From assembly GCA_043812815.1 (NCBI GenBank), contig JBDRLT010000040.1, forward strand, positions 35,724 through 99,723: 64,000 bases of DNA, in the 5' to 3' direction. Source of the DNA: Candidatus Woesearchaeota archaeon (GTDB taxonomy: Archaea > Nanobdellota > Nanobdellia > Woesearchaeales > JAGVZT01). Both the position numbers and the translations under genes were made by a program. A model generated the notes under the pieces. It had not been told where the DNA came from and searched no databases. It was given only the letters and a program-made list of their open reading frames with translations. Below are positions 17,705 through 27,494 of the stretch, in pieces (the first letter of the stretch is position 1; the number at the start of each line of letters is the position of its first letter).

Positions 17705-20700
17705 TTAAACTTTAAGACTAACTACTTTACTTATGCTGTGCTCATCCATTGAGACACCATAGAGGTTGTCTGATTCTGAGATGATTGCATCGTTATGGCT
17801 GATGATGATGTATTGGGCGCCAGTTGAGTATTTTCTGACCAGCCTAGCCAGCTTTTCAGAGTTGTGTTTGTCAAGCGCAGCATCTACTTCATCAAGTACA
17901 TAGAAGGTGGCTGGTTCGTGCTCCTGAATTGAGAAGATGAATGCAAGTGCTGTGAGGGTCTTTTCACCGCCGGACAAACCGCGAATGTCAAGGAAGCGCT
18001 TGCCTTGGATTCTGACTCGTATTCTAACTCCCCCTTCAAAGGGGTTTTCAGGTGTTTCTAGCATCAGGTATGCTGTTCCTTTGGTGGTGAGCATGCTGAA
18101 GATACGCTTGAAATGTTCATTTACGCTGTCGAAGGTTCGCATAAAGAGTTCTCCTTTCCTCTGCTCAACTTCATCCATAAGTTTGAGGACCTCTTCTTTC
18201 TCACTTGAGAGCTTATCCTTTTTCTTGATGAGGTTTTTGTATTCCTCTGCAACCGCTTCATATACTTCAAGCGCCTTCAGGTTGATGTTGCCCATCTGGA
18301 TGACCAGGGTCTCAAACCTGGTGATTTCAGCTTTCAGCGAAGATGTATCCTTGTTTCTGACCAAGGAAATGCCATGATATTGCTCATACTCTTTCTCAAG
18401 CCCTGCAAGCTCTGCTGTGACGGCTGCATTTTTGAGTGCGATATTGTTCATTTTTAGCTCTGTTTGCCGAGACTGTTCCTCAACCCTTATTTTGTCGCCT
18501 TCAAATTTCTGGGCTTCTTTGTTCGTCGCGTCTCGCGTACCAAAGAGCTCCTTGAATTTTTCGTAGAACTGCTTCTGTTTTTTATCCATCTCTTTTAGTA
18601 GAACCTGGTCTTTGGTGATTTTAGTGGTTATTGATGTAATTTCCTTTTTGAATTGCTCTTCATCTTTGTCAACCTGCTTGAGGATTTTGTCAATTTTTTC
18701 AAGTTCAGGGCCGAACATATCTTTGATTTGCATCTGGATGGAGGTTATCTGATGGGTTGTCTGGATTGATTCATCTTTGAGTTCAGCTCTCTTCTCTTCC
18801 AAGGTGTTCAGCTCAGCTAGCAGTGCTGGATTCTGGAGCTGGCTGATCTTGACCCGCAGCTCTTGTTTGCCTGCCTTAATATCTGCAAACTCTTTGTTGC
18901 ACTGCTGGATGCTCTGATTGACTTGTTTGATTTTTTCGTCAACATCCTGCAATTGCTTTGCGAGTTGCTGCTTCTGGCCCTTATCTGCAGAAGTGTCGCC
19001 AGACTCTAGGTGGAGGCTTTTTTCTGTCTTGATTATCTCGCCTTCCAGCTCTGCTTTTTGCCCTCTCAGCTTCTGGATTAGCTCTTCATTCTCCTCCCTT
19101 CTCTTTTCAAGTATGTCAGCCAGGTCAGCGAGTTTTTGGGTTTTGGTTTCAAGTTCTGTGATGCCTTTGGTGGTTTCCTCTTCTCTGAACCCGAGGCCTG
19201 GCCTCTTCTTTCTGAAACCGCCGGTCATTGCGCCTGAGAGCTCTGCAATATCACCATCTAAGGTAACCATCTTGGCTTTGCCAATCCCTATTCTTCTTGC
19301 CACGTCAATATCGTCTACCACTATTGTGTTCGCAAACAAGTAATTGAAGACTTTTTTGAATTGCGGGTCAAACTGGACCAGGGCAACAGCCACGCCGTGG
19401 GAACCTCTTGACTGGGAGATTGTCTTGAGTTCTGGTTTGGTGGCCATTTCTCTTAGTTTGTTGAGCGGCAAGAAAGTTGCTGTGCCCAATTTCTGGGATT
19501 TCAGATAGCTTATAGCCAGAGCAGCGACTTTGTCGTCTCTCACAACTATGTTGTTAAGGCGGGGTCCTGCTGCAATTTCAAGAGCAAGCGAATACTTGGA
19601 TTGGACTTTCCCAAGCTCAGCAACTGTTCCGAAGATGCCAGGCATCTTTGACTTCTGCTCAAGTATTTTTTTCACTGCAATGTTGGCTGAAATGCTCTCT
19701 GTTATTTGGAACGAGCGCGCTTGCAGTTTTGAGAGCTGCTCTCTGTTTTGCGTAAGATCATCCCGGGTTTTTCTGAGCTGGGCAGCCAAACTTGAATCCT
19801 CTGCCAGGCATTTGTTTAACTCTAATGTGACTTTTTTGAATTCTGTTTTTCTGCCTGTGAGCTGGTCAAGTTCACGCTCATGCTCTTTGGCAACCTCTTT
19901 GACTTTATCAAGCCGCTCGTCCAGTGTTTTGAGCTGGAACTCAGTTCGGTCTTTTTCCCTGAGCATGTCCTGCTGTTCTTGCCGCAGTTTTTGCACAAGC
20001 TCTTGTTTTTCCTCTGATTTTTTATCAATCTCTTGAATTTGCGATTCGATCTCCGGGATATTTCCCAGATTGTTGCTTTTCTTGAATTTCTCGATTGCTG
20101 CTTCAATCTGGTCTTGCTCTTTTTTGATTTGGGCGTTTTTCTTCTCAAGCTCTTGGATTCTTTTTGAAAGCCCGCATGTTTTTACAGTAAGGTCCTGTGA
20201 GTCTGATTTCAGCTGTTGCCTTCTGTCAGCTATTTTCTGCAACTCCTGTTTGTAATTTTCAACCTTTGTGGAATTGGTGGCAATCTCAACTCTGAGCTGC
20301 TCAAGCTCCTTCATAATTGCCACTTGCTCTTTTTCTCCCTTGAGCTCTATTTCCTTGGTTATATCTTCCACTTCCTGGCGTTTTTGCTCGATTTTTTGCC
20401 TGAGTGCCATGATATCCTTGGTGAACTTGTCGAACTTCTGCTGGTGGGATTCTTTGGTTGAGTCCAGGGCTTTTTTCTCAGTCTGTTTTGCAGTGAGCTG
20501 GCTGTTGAGCACTGTTGCTTTGCAGCTGTCTATTCTCTCTTTGGCCTCTTTGTACTTGACAGCCTGGTCTCTTTCTTTTTTGAGCTCTTTAAGGTAGGTT
20601 TCCCGTTCAGTGAGAATTATTTCTGCCTCCTTAAGGCTGCTTTCCACTTTATCTAGCTCATTCAGGGCTTTCTGTTTCTTGTCCTCATAGATTGAAATGC

Positions 20701-21238
20701 CTGAGATTTCTTCAAGCACCTGCCTGCGTTCCAAAGTGGACATTGAGACAAACCGGATAATATCTCCCTGAAGAATTATGTTGTAGCCTTCCGGGTCTAT
20801 TTTGGCAGCAGACATAATTTCCAGCACCTGCTGCCTTGTTCTTTTTTTATCATTTATTTTATAGATAGAAGCGCCATCTTTCCTCACAAGCCTCGTGATT
20901 TTTATCTCTTTCTCTTCAGAAGGGAATGTGTGATGGGTGTTGTCAAAGTAGATTGAGACCTCTGCCTTGTCAGCCGGCTGTTTGGTCTTGCCACCATTGT
21001 AGATGAGATTGGCTGACTTTTCAGCTCTCAGGCTTTTGGAGGAGAGCCTTCCGAGTACAAAGCAGATTGCATCTAGAACATTGGATTTCCCGCTTCCGTT
21101 CGGCCCAAGCACAACATTATATTGCTCTCCAAAAAGAAGCTCTGTTTTTCTGGCAAATGATTTGAAACCATGCATCACAAGCCTAGTAATCCGTGTAGGT
21201 CTATCACTCTTTTTCTGCTCAAGCATAGCTCTGGGCAA
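17705..21238 (-). CDS. smc: Chromosome segregation protein SMC
   Basis: N-terminal Walker A 'VLGPNGSGKSNVLDAICFVLG', long coiled coils, hinge, and C-terminal signature 'LSGGEKTLTALAFIFSIQ...YVLDEVDAALD'. True start may be a few codons internal (MLEQ...). Confidence 0.9.
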   Translation of the reverse strand: MPRAMLEQKKSDRPTRITRLVMHGFKSFARKTELLFGEQYNVVLGPNGSGKSNVLDAICFVLGRLSSKSLRAEKSANLIYNGGKTKQPADKAEVSIYFDNTHHTFPSEEKEIKITRLVRKDGASIYKINDKKRTRQQVLEIMSAAKIDPEGYNIILQGDIIRFVSMSTLERRQVLEEISGISIYEDKKQKALNELDKVESSLKEAEIILTERETYLKELKKERDQAVKYKEAKERIDSCKATVLNSQLTAKQTEKKALDSTKESHQQKFDKFTKDIMALRQKIEQKRQEVEDITKEIELKGEKEQVAIMKELEQLRVEIATNSTKVENYKQELQKIADRRQQLKSDSQDLTVKTCGLSKRIQELEKKNAQIKKEQDQIEAAIEKFKKSNNLGNIPEIESQIQEIDKKSEEKQELVQKLRQEQQDMLREKDRTEFQLKTLDERLDKVKEVAKEHERELDQLTGRKTEFKKVTLELNKCLAEDSSLAAQLRKTRDDLTQNREQLSKLQARSFQITESISANIAVKKILEQKSKMPGIFGTVAELGKVQSKYSLALEIAAGPRLNNIVVRDDKVAALAISYLKSQKLGTATFLPLNKLREMATKPELKTISQSRGSHGVAVALVQFDPQFKKVFNYLFANTIVVDDIDVARRIGIGKAKMVTLDGDIAELSGAMTGGFRKKRPGLGFREEETTKGITELETKTQKLADLADILEKRREENEELIQKLRGQKAELEGEIIKTEKSLHLESGDTSADKGQKQQLAKQLQDVDEKIKQVNQSIQQCNKEFADIKAGKQELRVKISQLQNPALLAELNTLEEKRAELKDESIQTTHQITSIQMQIKDMFGPELEKIDKILKQVDKDEEQFKKEITSITTKITKDQVLLKEMDKKQKQFYEKFKELFGTRDATNKEAQKFEGDKIRVEEQSRQTELKMNNIALKNAAVTAELAGLEKEYEQYHGISLVRNKDTSSLKAEITRFETLVIQMGNINLKALEVYEAVAEEYKNLIKKKDKLSSEKEEVLKLMDEVEQRKGELFMRTFDSVNEHFKRIFSMLTTKGTAYLMLETPENPFEGGVRIRVRIQGKRFLDIRGLSGGEKTLTALAFIFSIQEHEPATFYVLDEVDAALDKHNSEKLARLVRKYSTGAQYIIISHNDAIISESDNLYGVSMDEHSISKVVSLKV

Positions 21239-21492
21239 TTGAGATTTTGTATTTATATGTTTGGGTTTTTAAAGTATTTAGTGGAGATGATTGCTGTGAG
21301 AAAATCAGATTGGATCTTTTATGCCAGTAACTGCTTATTCTGGTTTGGTAAGTTAGCATTTAAGTATAATAGTATACAGAAATGTTATACTTATCTGCCT
21401 CTTTACATATTAAAGTCCTATTAAGTATATTAATATATAAAATAATACTCCAGTAGCTCATAGCGCTCAGTTGAGTGTTTGAGCAAAAAGCT

Positions 21493-21499
21493 TTTATAC
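21493..21499 (+). promoter_or_regulatory. Putative archaeal TATA box (with A-rich BRE) for the leaderless DNA ligase transcript
   Basis: 'AAAAAG CTTTTATA' centred ~25 nt upstream of the ligase ATG at 21521, consistent with archaeal BRE/TATA spacing to a leaderless start. Confidence 0.35.
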
Positions 21500-21520
21500 A
21501 ATTGTGATTAAGGCTTAGCT

Positions 21521-23245
21521 ATGAGGTATCTGGAGCTTGCAGAGCTGTATCAGAGGCTTGAGGCAACCACAAAAAGGCTGGAGAAAACCCGGCTGATTGC
21601 TGAGTTTCTTAGGAAGAAGAAAGATATTGAGAAAGTGGTTTTGCTGCTGCAGGGCAGGGTTTTCCCAACTTATGATGAAGCAAAACTTGGGGTTGCTGCA
21701 AAGCTTGCGATTAAGGCAATTAATGTGGCAACTGGTATTAGTGCAGAGGAGATTGAGCAGGAGTGGAAGCAGAGCGGTGATTTGGGGCTGGTTGCTGAGA
21801 AGCTGGTTGCTGGCAAACAACAATCCACATTGTTCTCTGGAGAATTGACTGTGGCAAAGGTTTTTGCCAATCTGAGGAAGCTGCCCACAATTGAAGGCAG
21901 CGGCTCGGTTGACAGAAAAATAGGGGTGATTGCAGAGCTGCTGACCAGTGCGCAGCCTCTTGAAGCCCGATATATAATGAGGAGTGTGCTTGAGGAGCTT
22001 AGGGTTGGCGTGGGTGACAGTGCTATACGGGATGCTATTATGTGGGCATATTTTGGTGATGAGCTCAGTCTAAAAGTCGGCGAGAAAATGGAGGTTGGCG
22101 AGCGCGACAAGTATAATGAATATGTGGAAGGTGTGCAGCACGCTTTTGATGTGTGTAATGATTGGGGTGCAGTTGCCCTGAGTGCGCAGCTTGGCTTGAA
22201 GGAACTGCATAGTTTAGGTGTGGAGATCGGCAATCCTATTAAGGTGCAGAATCCTTTGAAGGTGAGTTCTGTTGCAGAGGGTCTGGCTGCAGTGGGAAAG
22301 CCAGCACAGCTGGAGCGTAAGTATGATGGTTTCAGGATGCAGGTGCACAAGAAGGGTAAGCAGATAATGATTTTTACCAGGCGGCTGGAGAATGTGACTA
22401 AACAGTTTCCTGAGATTGTGGAGTTTATCAAGCAGGTTAAGGGTGAGGATTTTATTCTTGATGGGGAGGCAGTTGGTTTTGATCCCAAAACTGGGAAGTA
22501 TAGATCGTTTCAGTTTATTTCGCAACGTATTAGGAGAAAGTATGGGATTGAGAAGATGGCTGAGGAGCTGCCTGTTGAGCTCAATATTTTTGATATTTTG
22601 GAATATAATGGAAAGTCGCTGATAGCAAAGCCGCTGAGTGAGCGACGAGCTTTGCTAGAGCAGATTGTCAAGCCATTGCCAAGGAAGATTGTGTTGGCAA
22701 AGAGGCTGGTTACTGGTGATGAAAATCTGGCTGAGGCTTTTTACCAGGAAGCATTGAGTGAGGGTTTTGAGGGTATTATGATGAAGGCAGTTGGTGTTGA
22801 GTATAAGCCAGGCAAGAGGGTTGGGTATTGGGTTAAGCTTAAGCCGAGTGTTGATTGTTTTGATTTGGTAATTGTTGAGGCAGAATATGGCGAGGGCAAG
22901 CGTTCAGGGTGGTTAACTAGTTATACTCTTGCCTGTATGGATGACGGGAATATCTTGGGTATTGGCAAGTCATCAACTGGGTTAAAGGAGAAGCGGTCTG
23001 AGGGGCTTAGTTTTGAGGAGATGACTGAATTGCTTAAGCCGTTGATTGTAAGTGAGAAGGGGAGGAGTGTTAAGGTTAAACCAGAGATTATTTTGGAGGT
23101 TGGCTATCAGGAGATCCAGAAATCCCCCACGTATGGTTCAGGGTTTGCTTTGAGGTTTCCGACTGTGGTGAGGCTTAGGGAAGATAAGGGGTTGGAAGAT
23201 GTTTCAACTTTGGAGATGGTTAAGAAGGCTTTTGAGAAGAAGTAG
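21521..23245 (+). CDS. lig: ATP-dependent DNA ligase
   Basis: Adenylation motif I 'ERKYDGFRMQVHK' (KYDGxR). N-terminal DNA-binding domain and OB-fold regions. 574 aa, typical for archaeal Lig. Confidence 0.9.
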   Translation: MRYLELAELYQRLEATTKRLEKTRLIAEFLRKKKDIEKVVLLLQGRVFPTYDEAKLGVAAKLAIKAINVATGISAEEIEQEWKQSGDLGLVAEKLVAGKQQSTLFSGELTVAKVFANLRKLPTIEGSGSVDRKIGVIAELLTSAQPLEARYIMRSVLEELRVGVGDSAIRDAIMWAYFGDELSLKVGEKMEVGERDKYNEYVEGVQHAFDVCNDWGAVALSAQLGLKELHSLGVEIGNPIKVQNPLKVSSVAEGLAAVGKPAQLERKYDGFRMQVHKKGKQIMIFTRRLENVTKQFPEIVEFIKQVKGEDFILDGEAVGFDPKTGKYRSFQFISQRIRRKYGIEKMAEELPVELNIFDILEYNGKSLIAKPLSERRALLEQIVKPLPRKIVLAKRLVTGDENLAEAFYQEALSEGFEGIMMKAVGVEYKPGKRVGYWVKLKPSVDCFDLVIVEAEYGEGKRSGWLTSYTLACMDDGNILGIGKSSTGLKEKRSEGLSFEEMTELLKPLIVSEKGRSVKVKPEIILEVGYQEIQKSPTYGSGFALRFPTVVRLREDKGLEDVSTLEMVKKAFEKK

Positions 23246-23247
23246 CT

Positions 23248-24129
23248 TTAGGGTATATACTCGTCTGTATAGAATACTTTGGATATTGTTGTGGGTGTAG
23301 AGGCAATTGCTGTAACACATTGAGCACATGTTCTTCTTCCTTCGGGAAAACGAGCAATATAATCAGTTACGTCCTTTCTTGTTATCGGCTGACCAACGGT
23401 ACGTAGTACAGGTACTTTCTGAGAGCTATAACCATGGCACAAAAACATATTCCCTGCAGGATTAATCCTGATTTCCCGCTCGGGGAAAAGATCGCATACC
23501 TCCCCGGGATCTACACCTTCAGTTGAACTGCCACATTTATGAAGTGGCTGGAAGTCTAGAAAAACAGTCTTTGCACCTATTTTAGCCAGGTATCTTGGTC
23601 CGATAAATGTAAATTTATGACTTAGTGATTCCACTAGGTCTTGTAGTTCTTGGGTGGTGCTTTCTTGGTCCATTGTGGTAAGGGTAAGCCTAAAATGATC
23701 AAACACTTGTTGGGTGAGTAAATAGTCGAGTATTGCCCCAAAATTAAGGTTTGTTGGATAGTTGTGGTATGAGGTTGCAACCAGCACTTCTGGAATAGAA
23801 TAGCTAACTATTTTTTCAAGCATAGCTCTACCCTCTTGAGTTTCAAGGGCTTTAGCTGTCTCAATAACAAACTGATGCGTGAATGGTTGAAGCACGGCTA
23901 TAACATCTGCAAGTTTGTGACCAGAGGAGTAATAGAATAAAGGATCTCCTCCAGATAGGACAATGTTAAATAGTTTTGGCGTAGAAAGTCCATTTAAGAC
24001 TAGGGGTATTTGCTCCACTTGTTCAAATGTCAAGAATCCTTCTCGTGAAGGATTTGAACATATGGCACAGCCTCCTGAACAGGCATATGTCAATTCAAGG
24101 AAGAGATCAGAAATTATTTTAAAATCCAT
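23248..24129 (-). CDS. Radical SAM-like protein (second copy, different family)
   Basis: 'ACSGGCAICS' CxxxCxxC motif followed by 'LSGGDPL' glycine-rich SAM motif. Additional C-terminal Cys residues ('CAQC'). Confidence 0.55.
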   Translation of the reverse strand: MDFKIISDLFLELTYACSGGCAICSNPSREGFLTFEQVEQIPLVLNGLSTPKLFNIVLSGGDPLFYYSSGHKLADVIAVLQPFTHQFVIETAKALETQEGRAMLEKIVSYSIPEVLVATSYHNYPTNLNFGAILDYLLTQQVFDHFRLTLTTMDQESTTQELQDLVESLSHKFTFIGPRYLAKIGAKTVFLDFQPLHKCGSSTEGVDPGEVCDLFPEREIRINPAGNMFLCHGYSSQKVPVLRTVGQPITRKDVTDYIARFPEGRRTCAQCVTAIASTPTTISKVFYTDEYIP

Positions 24130-24265
24130 GATGATTGGGGGTATTGTTTGGCATATAAGGGTTTCTATTTGTTTTTACTATAAGATAGTTATTGTTAGGG
24201 GGGGATTTCACAAAAAATTTATATAGGGGAGGGAAGAAAATAATTATAATAACGGGGGTGTTAGT

Positions 24266-24571
24266 ATGTCTGTAATGAAAGAGTTTATGGATTTCTTGAG
24301 TGAGTACAAAGTGCTGCCGCTGGCAATCGCATTTATTATGGCTGTTGCAATTACTGCAGTTGTACAAAGCTTTGTGAATGATATTGTTATGCCTATTGTA
24401 ACACCATTTATCCCTGATGGTGCATGGCAGACTGCAACTTTTGCTTTAGGGCCAATTGTGATTAAGTGGGGCTCATTCCTGGGAGCAGTGATCAACTTTG
24501 TCATCATAGCGCTTGTGGTGTTTATGATTGCAAAGAGAGTATTAGGCGAGAAGAAAGTTACTAAGAAATGA
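24266..24571 (+). CDS. mscL: Large-conductance mechanosensitive channel MscL
   Basis: 'MSVMKEFMDFLSEYKVLPLAIAFIMAVAITAVVQSFVNDIVMPIV' aligns with the E. coli MscL N-terminus and TM1 ('[46 protein letters not shown]'). Two TM helices. Confidence 0.75.
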   Translation: MSVMKEFMDFLSEYKVLPLAIAFIMAVAITAVVQSFVNDIVMPIVTPFIPDGAWQTATFALGPIVIKWGSFLGAVINFVIIALVVFMIAKRVLGEKKVTKK

Positions 24572-25584
24572 TAGCCAATATTTGGCTGGCTCTTGCAGGG
24601 GTTGTTTTGCTTGTCAAGGGTTCAGATTTTTTTGTCAAGGCTGCAGCTAGTATTGCCAAGAATTTTGGTATTTCTGATTTCGTTATTGGTTTAACTCTTG
24701 TTGCTATTGGCACCTCCATTCCTGAGTTGGCAGCTTCAGTAACTGCTGCTCTATCTAAACAGAGTGGTTTGATTGTGGGGAATGCTGTTGGCTCGAATAT
24801 TGCAAATATCGGGTTAATAGTTGGACTGACCTGTATTTTTTCGGTTATTAAGACTGATGAGGAAATGCTTAAAAGAGATGGTTATGTCATGATGCTGGGT
24901 TCTATTTTGTTCTTTCTTTTCATCCTTGACAATAGCTTGTCGAGAGTAGAGGCAGGTGTTTTAATCCTTGTTTACCTTGCTTATGTAATATTTTTAGTTG
25001 CTGATAAGCCAAAATACAAAGGAAAATATGGGTTCAAGAGCTTTGTTAGCTATTTCTTACGGTTTGAATATGTCATAGATGCAAAGATTCTTGGAAAGAA
25101 AGGAGATGCCGGAGAAAGACATATTGACAAGGCCAAATTAGTGAATGATTTTATAGTGATTGTTTTTGGGGGAGTTGCAATTGTAATGGGAGCAAAATAT
25201 TTAGTGGAAAGTGCTGTTTTTTTTGCCCGGATTTTTGATATTCCAGATACTATCGTTGGAATAAGCCTGATAGCAATTGGCACTTCTCTTCCTGAGTTGA
25301 GTGTATCAATTAGTGCTGCTAAAGAAGGGTTGGGGAATATTGCTCTGGGGAATATTATTGGCTCCAATATTGCCAATATTTTGCTTGTGGCTGGTATTTC
25401 AGGGGTGATTTCTCCCTTATCCATAATTGACCAAACTAAATTTTTTTTTGTGCCATTTATGATTTTTATAAGCCTGCTTATGCTAATTTTCTTAAAATCA
25501 GAATGGAAACTTAGAAGGACTGAAGGAATTGCATTACTTGGGCTTTATGTTATCTTTTTGCTTATAACCTTCCTAGTTGCATAA
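24568..25584 (+). CDS. Na+/Ca2+ exchanger (CaCA family, YrbG-like)
   Basis: Two alpha-repeats 'GTSIPELAASV' and 'GTSLPELSVSISAAKEG' plus 'GSNIANIGL' / 'GSNIANILLVAG'. 10 TM helices. ATGA overlap with mscL. Confidence 0.8.
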   Translation: MIANIWLALAGVVLLVKGSDFFVKAAASIAKNFGISDFVIGLTLVAIGTSIPELAASVTAALSKQSGLIVGNAVGSNIANIGLIVGLTCIFSVIKTDEEMLKRDGYVMMLGSILFFLFILDNSLSRVEAGVLILVYLAYVIFLVADKPKYKGKYGFKSFVSYFLRFEYVIDAKILGKKGDAGERHIDKAKLVNDFIVIVFGGVAIVMGAKYLVESAVFFARIFDIPDTIVGISLIAIGTSLPELSVSISAAKEGLGNIALGNIIGSNIANILLVAGISGVISPLSIIDQTKFFFVPFMIFISLLMLIFLKSEWKLRRTEGIALLGLYVIFLLITFLVA

Positions 25585-25603
25585 AAAAAATTAAAAAACT
25601 CAG

Positions 25604-25843
25604 CTAATGCTGGATTGCCGAACCGATCATACTTGCAGCAGTTACAATGCCTGCAGTTAGGACGACCATGTTACCTTGCAGATCTGTGTAACCAGCCCAG
25701 CCGGCACCCATCTTGATAACAAAGATAGTTACCATATAGTACACTATGCCCAGAACTATGAGCACTAACGATGCCACAACTGTTACAGCAAGATTCCCTA
25801 TACTGTTTTTCAATGCCATGTTTTCACCCCCCCTTATTGTCAA
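25604..25843 (-). CDS. Small two-TM membrane protein (hypothetical)
   Basis: 79-aa ORF with two hydrophobic helices. No homology recognised. Confidence 0.35.
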   Translation of the reverse strand: MTIRGGENMALKNSIGNLAVTVVASLVLIVLGIVYYMVTIFVIKMGAGWAGYTDLQGNMVVLTAGIVTAASMIGSAIQH

Positions 25844-25867
25844 TAGTATATTCCGGGATTATCATAT

Positions 25868-26332
25868 TTAAATCTTTTGTAAACGTAAGCTAAACAAAAA
25901 TCTATACCTGTTTCTCCCCACTCTTTTTATCTCCCTAATTTGTATTTTTCCTATATCTTTGGTGTTGGCAACATGTGGGTCTTTGCAGGGCCTTTGGTCA
26001 AAATTACCAATTCCAACGATCCTAAGCTGCTGAATGGATTTTGGGACTGCTCTTAGGTTTCTGAGATTTTCCATTTGCTCTGCTTCAGCTCTGGGTATTG
26101 TTGTTTTACTAACCTCAAGGTTTTGGGCAATTACTTGGTTAGTCTGGGTTTCTAGGTTTACAACACTTACTTCCCTTAAGTCTACATCAGAGTATACCTC
26201 TAAAGAGCCTTGCTCAGGCTCGAATTTGCAGACCCCAACTTTGATATTGTATTTATCTTCCAGAACTTTCGCGAGGATGTGTTCTGCTGTTTGGAGTCTA
26301 CCGTTGTTTAACATTTTGGATAAAGTCGTCAA
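25868..26332 (-). CDS. alaX: AlaX-S-type alanyl-tRNA editing protein (tRNA synthetase second additional domain)
   Basis: C-terminal 'RIVGIGNFDQRPCKDPHVANTKDIGKIQIREIKRVGRNRYRFLFSL' parallels Pyrococcus AlaX-S '[46 protein letters not shown]', including the CxxxH zinc motif. N-terminal 'TAEHIL' matches the HxxxH region. Confidence 0.6.
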   Translation of the reverse strand: MTTLSKMLNNGRLQTAEHILAKVLEDKYNIKVGVCKFEPEQGSLEVYSDVDLREVSVVNLETQTNQVIAQNLEVSKTTIPRAEAEQMENLRNLRAVPKSIQQLRIVGIGNFDQRPCKDPHVANTKDIGKIQIREIKRVGRNRYRFLFSLRLQKI

Positions 26333-26735
26333 TTATTTGTTTTGCCTCGTCAAGATTTAAATAATTGGCATATTTCAAGTGTGGGCAGCCTTTGATAATA
26401 GTTGATAGATTCTTTCCCGAGTTAGTTCTAAAGAGACATAGGATTGGTTTCTTCTGGCTAATGGCAGTCCCAATCTCAATTCCAACTCCATGACCTGGAG
26501 AAGTGACTTCTGCAATCAGTACATCTGCCTCTTTTAACCATTCCATGTCCCTTTGATAGATCCTTTGTGGACTAATATCAACTTCACCTTTGGTAGTGAG
26601 ATTTTTATCACCGACATGTTCGGTTAGCACTCGCCCATACTTCCTAAGATGTCTAATTAGCTCCAGATATATCCCAACATCTTCTCTGCTACCAGTAATT
26701 GATCCTGCAAAGTAAATCTTCATTGGGTGTTTCAA
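26298..26735 (-). CDS. Nucleoside 2-deoxyribosyltransferase-like (Rossmann/flavodoxin-like) protein
   Basis: 'KIYFAGSITG', 'ADVLIAEVTSPGHGVGIEIGTA' and 'KPILCLF' match the NDT-like family pattern. Overlaps alaX-S by 35 nt on the same strand. Confidence 0.55.
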   Translation of the reverse strand: MKHPMKIYFAGSITGSREDVGIYLELIRHLRKYGRVLTEHVGDKNLTTKGEVDISPQRIYQRDMEWLKEADVLIAEVTSPGHGVGIEIGTAISQKKPILCLFRTNSGKNLSTIIKGCPHLKYANYLNLDEAKQIIDDFIQNVKQR

Positions 26736-26801
26736 TAGTGTAGCAGTATAAAAAAGTTGTGTTGAGGCAGATTTTTATTTGCAGGCTGATTCTCTGCTTG
26801 G

Positions 26802-27461
26802 ATGGGAATAACAGAGTGGGTTAGGGCCAACCGAGATATTGGAGAGCTGGCTGCCTGTGCAGCGTTTGGCTTGGCTACCAATTATTTTTGCGGCAGGTTT
26901 GCTGCAAAATCCAGCTGGTGGATGTTCGCAGGGGGTTTGGCAACAGGGTGGTGTTTTGCTTCTACTGCAGCTTTTGCGATAAGGGATTTTGGGAGAAGGT
27001 TTAGGTATTATGCAGAATATGGAAACGACGCTATTGATCTGGTGGATTGTTTGAAGATTTCTGTGGAGGCTGTTGCCCAGCTTGTTGCCAATGCCAACTA
27101 TCTGGGTTTTGGGAAGCAATCAATTGATGGTGTGTGCACTGTACATTCTGTGTTGGATACCAGGCAGGGTATTGAGATGGGGTTGTTGAATCCCTTTTCT
27201 GATGTAGATCCACAAAAGGTTATTGCCAGGGGGTATGATGTGGTGTTTTATGTGGAGAACAGTTGTGGCGCTCTCAATGGGCTGAGTAGGGGAGTATTTC
27301 CTGGAGACAGACATAGGGGGTTATTGGGGGTTAGGATAGTGCATGGTGACACACCTTATATCTTGGCGTATTCTTTGAGGAGTACCTTTGAAATAAATCC
27401 TGAAGAACCTGGTGAATTCTACAGTTTAAGCAGAGTGCAATTTACAAAGCTTTATAAATAG
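26802..27461 (+). CDS. Hypothetical protein (GC-richer than neighbours)
   Basis: 219-aa ORF with hydrophobic N-terminal half. Preferred over the antisense ORF 26775..27119. No motif recognised. Confidence 0.4.
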   Translation: MGITEWVRANRDIGELAACAAFGLATNYFCGRFAAKSSWWMFAGGLATGWCFASTAAFAIRDFGRRFRYYAEYGNDAIDLVDCLKISVEAVAQLVANANYLGFGKQSIDGVCTVHSVLDTRQGIEMGLLNPFSDVDPQKVIARGYDVVFYVENSCGALNGLSRGVFPGDRHRGLLGVRIVHGDTPYILAYSLRSTFEINPEEPGEFYSLSRVQFTKLYK

Positions 27462-27494
27462 TAATTATATTTCATAAATATATTATTAGGGGGG

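Noticed and set aside
17937-20597. Several 60-170 aa + strand ORFs (e.g. 17937..18377, 18918..19343, 19530..20036)
   Set aside because: All lie antisense within the 1177-aa SMC gene. Their Ser/Leu/Cys-rich composition reflects the reverse complement of Lys/Glu/Gln codons.
21670-22488. 272-aa minus-strand ORF
   Set aside because: It is antisense to DNA ligase. It is a Ser/Pro/Cys-rich shadow frame.
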